Origin: Eledone cirrhosa
Lineage: Eukaryota
Assembly (NCBI GenBank): GCA_964016885.1
Contig: OZ024741.1
Coordinates: forward strand, 313,038,001-313,102,000
Direction of reading: 5' to 3'
DNA: 64,000 nt
Shown here: piece after piece, positions 59,265-64,000 of the stretch
How the letters are laid out: every line of letters starts with the position of its first letter
Position numbering within the stretch: the first letter of the stretch is position 1
Program-made: the position numbers and the translations under genes
Notes under the pieces: generated by a model
Database searches by the model: none
What the model was told of the DNA's origin: nothing
Seen by the model: the letters and a program-made list of their open reading frames with translations, nothing else

Positions 59265-61975
59265 TATAGAAAATCTTGGAGTCAAGAACACAATGGCTAC
59301 AAGAATATGGAAAAAACTATGGGAAAGTCGATATAAAATCCAAATAAACAAACCCATAAGAAATCCTCAAATTCGGGAATATACAAAAACACAAGAACTG
59401 AAGAATTCTCACACTATAAACAAACATCAACCAGAAATCGGAGAATCCCAATCACAAAGCAAATACTGAACACCAGAACAAGATACAACTATTATCAAAA
59501 CCCTAAGAACAATTAGCAGCGGCAAAATCAAAGACATATGATGACCGAACGGAACAACAGAAGAACTAGACCCCCATATATGAACCACGAAACAAAATAC
59601 CTCTATTCAGAAAATTATCAGCATGAAAAGCCAGCAAACAGAATATTTCACCACAAGAGAACACCGCTACCTCAAATGGGAATTATTTTTTAGAAGAAGG
59701 TGCCTCCCACCAAATGAAAGGAAAACAGGAAGAAAACACCACCCTTCAAGTGGCACCCGACGATAAAACTCCAAAGAAACCAAAAATAATCAACATATCG
59801 GCAAAAAAACTAACACAACAGGAAATAAAATGGCTAGAAAATGGACTGAAATTCACACCCACTCCAAAAGCAGATCAAGCTGACGTTATATAGACATAGA
59901 AGGTTTTTGTCAAAAATTACGTCTAGGAGAATTCTTCCAGGGTATAGAATTACGAGGAGGAATCACTAGTAAGAAACAAAAAGAACTTCAGCCCTCCGTT
60001 AAATACAGACAAACACCTGGAGCATTACATAACATACTTCCGACGATCGGCAGAGTCAAATGTTGCAGAGATGAAACACAAACACAACGTCCCTACAGAT
60101 CAACTGCAAGCACTAAACAAACTGCAAAAAGACTCCTCAATAATCATAAAAGAAGCGGACAAAGATGGAGCAATCATCATCATGGACAAAAACCACTACA
60201 AGGATATGGTCCTAGAACAGTTGAATAACGAGGACTTTTACTGAAAAATCAACAAAAACGAAGAAAGAAAATCGATGATTAAAGTAGGCAAACTGACGAC
60301 CAAGTACCAAAACAACCTCACACTAAAGGAAATCAATTACTTAACCAACTTCGAAATGAAAAACCAACAACTTCTATGGTTTACCGTAGATTCACAAATC
60401 CAGAGAAATCCAAAACAACATAAAACGCAAAAATACATCATATGTTGAAGTAGCAAAACCAACATATTCAAAATTACGCCCAATTGTTGCTGATCCAGCC
60501 TTACGTACACAACGTCTAAGCAACCTATTAGACATCATACTGAAACCCTTATGTAAAAAAGAGCCAAGCTTCATCAGAGATGATATGGAATTCCTGAACT
60601 AAATCCCCCAGAAAGCCCACCAAGAAACGATCTTAGTCAGCTTTGACGTAACAAGCTTATATACTAACATCCCACACGACTTAGGAGTTGAAGCTGTTGA
60701 TTTCTGGATTACAAAACACCCAGACTACATTTCAGTGAGATTCCACGAAAAATTTATTTTGAAAGGACTCAAAGTAGTACTGGAGAACAACCACTTCCTT
60801 TTGATAACGAACTATATTTTAAAATAAAAGGAACGGGCATGGGCACCAAAGTGGCCCCAACATATGCAACACTCGTTATGGGCCACCTGGAGTCAGAATT
60901 ACATTCCAAACTGTAGGAAACATTCAGTCATGACTTCGCACATACATTAATCACAACTTGAAAGGCTACCTAGACGACTGCTTCATCTTCTGGAATAGAA
61001 GCTAAGAAGACCTGCACAGATTCCATTCCATCATAAACAATCTTTACGAAGAAATAAAATGGAATGTAATAAAAAGAAACTACCGATTCTGGATATCCTT
61101 ATCATTACGGAAGGGGAAAATATCAAAACGAACTTATTTTACAAACCAACAGACACACCAATACTTGAATTTCCGTTCAGCACACCCCATTACATACCAA
61201 AAGGAACATTCCTTTTAACATGGCAAGACGGATCTGCACCATATTAACACACCCCACACTACAGCAAAAAAGATTATATGAATTAAAAGAGTTCCTTAAA
61301 AGACTAGAATATCTGGTGAACCTTATCAACACAGCCATCTCTAAAGCCCAGAGCATCCCAGTGACAACACTGAGAAAAACAAAGCAACAAAATAGAATGG
61401 AAAAAACAGTTATCATTTTTGTCATCACTCACAATCCAAGGAACTTTCACATCGTGAAAGCCGCCAAACTATATCTCCCGATTCTCCAAAAGTACCCTAA
61501 AATGACTGCACTCATACCAGACGCACAAATTATATATAGTAGACACAATTTACGTATAATAATGAAGCAATGCAAGTTAAGAAATGCGGGGTCCCTCGAT
61601 GCGGAACTTGCGAACACATTGAAGAGGGTGGACACATCTCCTTTAAAAACAACCAGTATTTCACAGTTAATGCAAACATGAATTGCAAAATAAAAAAAAT
61701 TGATTTACTGTGCAGCCTACCCACAATGTAAAGAATTCTACATTGGTGAAACCGGAACGGGTCTACATGACAGGGTTCGAGTACATAAACAACAAATTAG
61801 AGACCCCTCTGTCAGAAACACAACATGCAGTTAACACTTCGCAACATGCGGAAATGGAAATTTCACAATTTTCCCCTACTTTAAGATATGGTCGGACAAC
61901 GAACATTTCCGAAAATAGAAAGAAGAATTCTTTATTAGAAAATACAAACCAGTACTGAACACAAACAAAGTGATA
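59265..61975 (+). mobile_element. Degenerate Penelope-like element (second clade; RT plus GIY-YIG)
   Basis: Broken frames contain GLKFTPTP, IIKEADKDGAIIIMDK, FYGLP*IHK, LRPIVA, LVSFDVTSLYTNIPH, KGTGMGTKVAPTYA, YLDDCF, LPILDI, FYKPTD, CGVPRCGTC and FYIGETG. Confidence 0.88.
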
Positions 61976-62128
61976 TTCCATCTTCAAGTAACGGGATTGT
62001 CCCCCACACTTGTCTTTTAAAAAATCTCATATCAAAAAAGAAAAATAGTTGATGACACCTGTACTTTCAAACATTCGATCGCTGAAGAGAAGAAAAACCC
62101 TCAGAGGTACAATAACATTTCATTAATT

Positions 62129-62297
62129 TGGCACTATCTGTAGAGGGTCGGACGCCATGCTTTGCAGCACAGTTACGTTTAAGGACTGAGTTCAAATTCC
62201 GCCGAGGTTAATTTTGCTTTTCATCCTTACGGGGTCGATAAAATAAAGTACCAGTAATACACTAGTATAATTGCTGGCCTTGTGCCAAAAGTAGGAA
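62129..62297 (+). mobile_element. tRNA-derived SINE, same family
   Basis: tggcactatctgtagagggtcggacgccatgc...GAGTTCAAATTC...tcatccttacggggtcgataaaataaagtaccag...ggccttgtgccaaaagtag. Confidence 0.87.
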
Positions 62298-62615
62298 CAA
62301 TTAATTTCCCTTTCCCCACACCAATGTATATATGGACATAAACACTTGAGTAGATGTGTGTACATATATGTATAGATGTGTTTTTTTATATATGTATCTG
62401 TAGGTATACAGGTATATGTGTACATGTTTATATGTATGTGTGCATGTGTGTGTGTATATGTGTATGTATGTACGTGCGTATGTGTGATATATATGTGTGT
62501 GTGTGTGTGTGCATGTGTGTATGTGTGTATATATATATATATATGTGTGTATATATACATATGTGTATATGTGTGTGTGTGTATATGTATGTGTGTGTGT
62601 ATGTATATGTATGTA

Positions 62616-62646
<31 letters not shown>

Positions 62647-62650
62647 TTAT

Positions 62651-62783
62651 TTTTATTTTATAGAAGGAGCTTCTACAGGACTAGTACTGTTTCATTCAGA
62701 TGAAATCTTCAGGAACAGTTCCTGAAGATTTCATCTGAATGAAACAGGACTAGTCCTGTAGAAGCTCCTTCTATAAAATAAAA
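62651..62783. repeat. Near-perfect 133-bp palindrome made of two back-to-back hammerhead motifs
   Basis: Axis at 62717 (ggaac-a-gttcc). Right arm: CTGAAGA-tttcatctgaat-GAAA-caggactagtcctg-TA-gaagct. The left arm is its mirror with one mismatch. Confidence 0.9.
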
Positions 62784-63459
62784 AAAATTTACTCTGCCAT
62801 GTATTGAGTACCTTACTTACTGTGGTTATCCCCGACTCAACCCGGGACCTACGTATATATATATATATATATATATGTGTGGGTGTATATGTGTGTGTGT
62901 ATGCGTATATATATGCGTATGCATGTGTGTGTGTATATGTGTATGTGTGTGTATATATACATGTATCGGTATATATGTATGTGTGGGTATGTGTGTATAT
63001 ATATATGTGTGTGGGTGTATGTGTTGATATGTTTGTATGTGTGTATGTCTGTATGTAATATATATATCGACTGTAAATATATTTACATATAGGGAAGTGA
63101 GTATGAGAGTTAGCATGCCCCCCCCCCCCCCCCCCCCACACACATACACACACTTCCTCTCCCAAACCAATATCAACAACATACATGTCTTACAAATGTT
63201 CCAAAACTATCCTCCTTTTTTCTTTTTACTCTCATCCCATTCTTATCAAAAGACATGTATCTTACACCTCATTAAAACCCACACACACATCTAAATTTAT
63301 CTTTGATATATAAATTTGTAGAATATATTCTTTATAAATTTAAGAGTGTTGATTTAGCTATGACATTATATACTTATCAAAGGTCAGCTAATGAAATAAA
63401 ACCAGCTGGTGGGGATGTTTACAACCACTTTCTCAAACACCCTTATCTTGCAACCTCGC

Positions 63460-63541
<82 letters not shown>

Positions 63542-63899
63542 GTGTGTGTGCGTGAATGTGTGTGTGGGGTATGCTTTAATTCCTCCAAATCTTCATCAAC
63601 ACTCATAAACACCACACCCCACACCCAGACACATCCAAATCTCTCTTATATATTGTCCCACATCTCAACACAACCTGATGTCAATTTGACAATCGCCACC
63701 GACGAATGCGAGATAGTTCTCCAACAAAGTTAACCGGGAATCTTTAAAATTCTTCCAACCGAAGTTAAGTTAACAAAGAACTTACTAGATTTCCCAACTC
63801 ATAATATTATAATATTATAAAATCAAATCAAATTATTTAACACTACAACTCAAGTCATTCTTTTCCTTTTTTTCAAATATACCTAACTGTATCAAGGAC

Positions 63900-63945
<46 letters not shown>

Positions 63946-64000
63946 TATCACAACAACGAACGTCTTTACTACTACTACACACACACACACATATTTGTTT

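Overview
Repeat-saturated eukaryotic (animal) DNA, most likely a coleoid cephalopod/octopod. That assignment is an inference from the strongly expanded 18S rRNA, the tRNA-derived SINE family and the (TA)n/(CA)n/(TAA)n load. The only convincing host-gene piece is one 135-bp EGF-like exon (4627-4761). The rest is nested mobile DNA. It includes a deleted Ty3/Gypsy LTR element and several Penelope-like elements (PLEs), one nearly intact with pseudo-LTRs and an Asn-rich insert. There is also an ~11-kb orphan rDNA segment on the minus strand (28S 3' end, intergenic spacer with a 4.2-kb (TTCG)n/(GGTC)n array and repeated Pol I promoters, 5'ETS, truncated 18S). Further elements are a mariner remnant, three R4/Dong-type LINEs in (TAA)n, two tandem Tx1/L1 LINEs, RTE LINEs and SINEs. 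The least explained signal is a dense set of hammerhead-ribozyme (HHR) motifs, about 14 full or half cores. They occur in three architectures: ORF-less direct-repeat dimers predicting 529-nt and 487-nt self-excised RNAs (retrozyme-like), divergent inverted pairs, and near-perfect hairpins centred in or next to the ribozyme. All folds and family calls were made by eye, so boundaries of degenerate elements are approximate.
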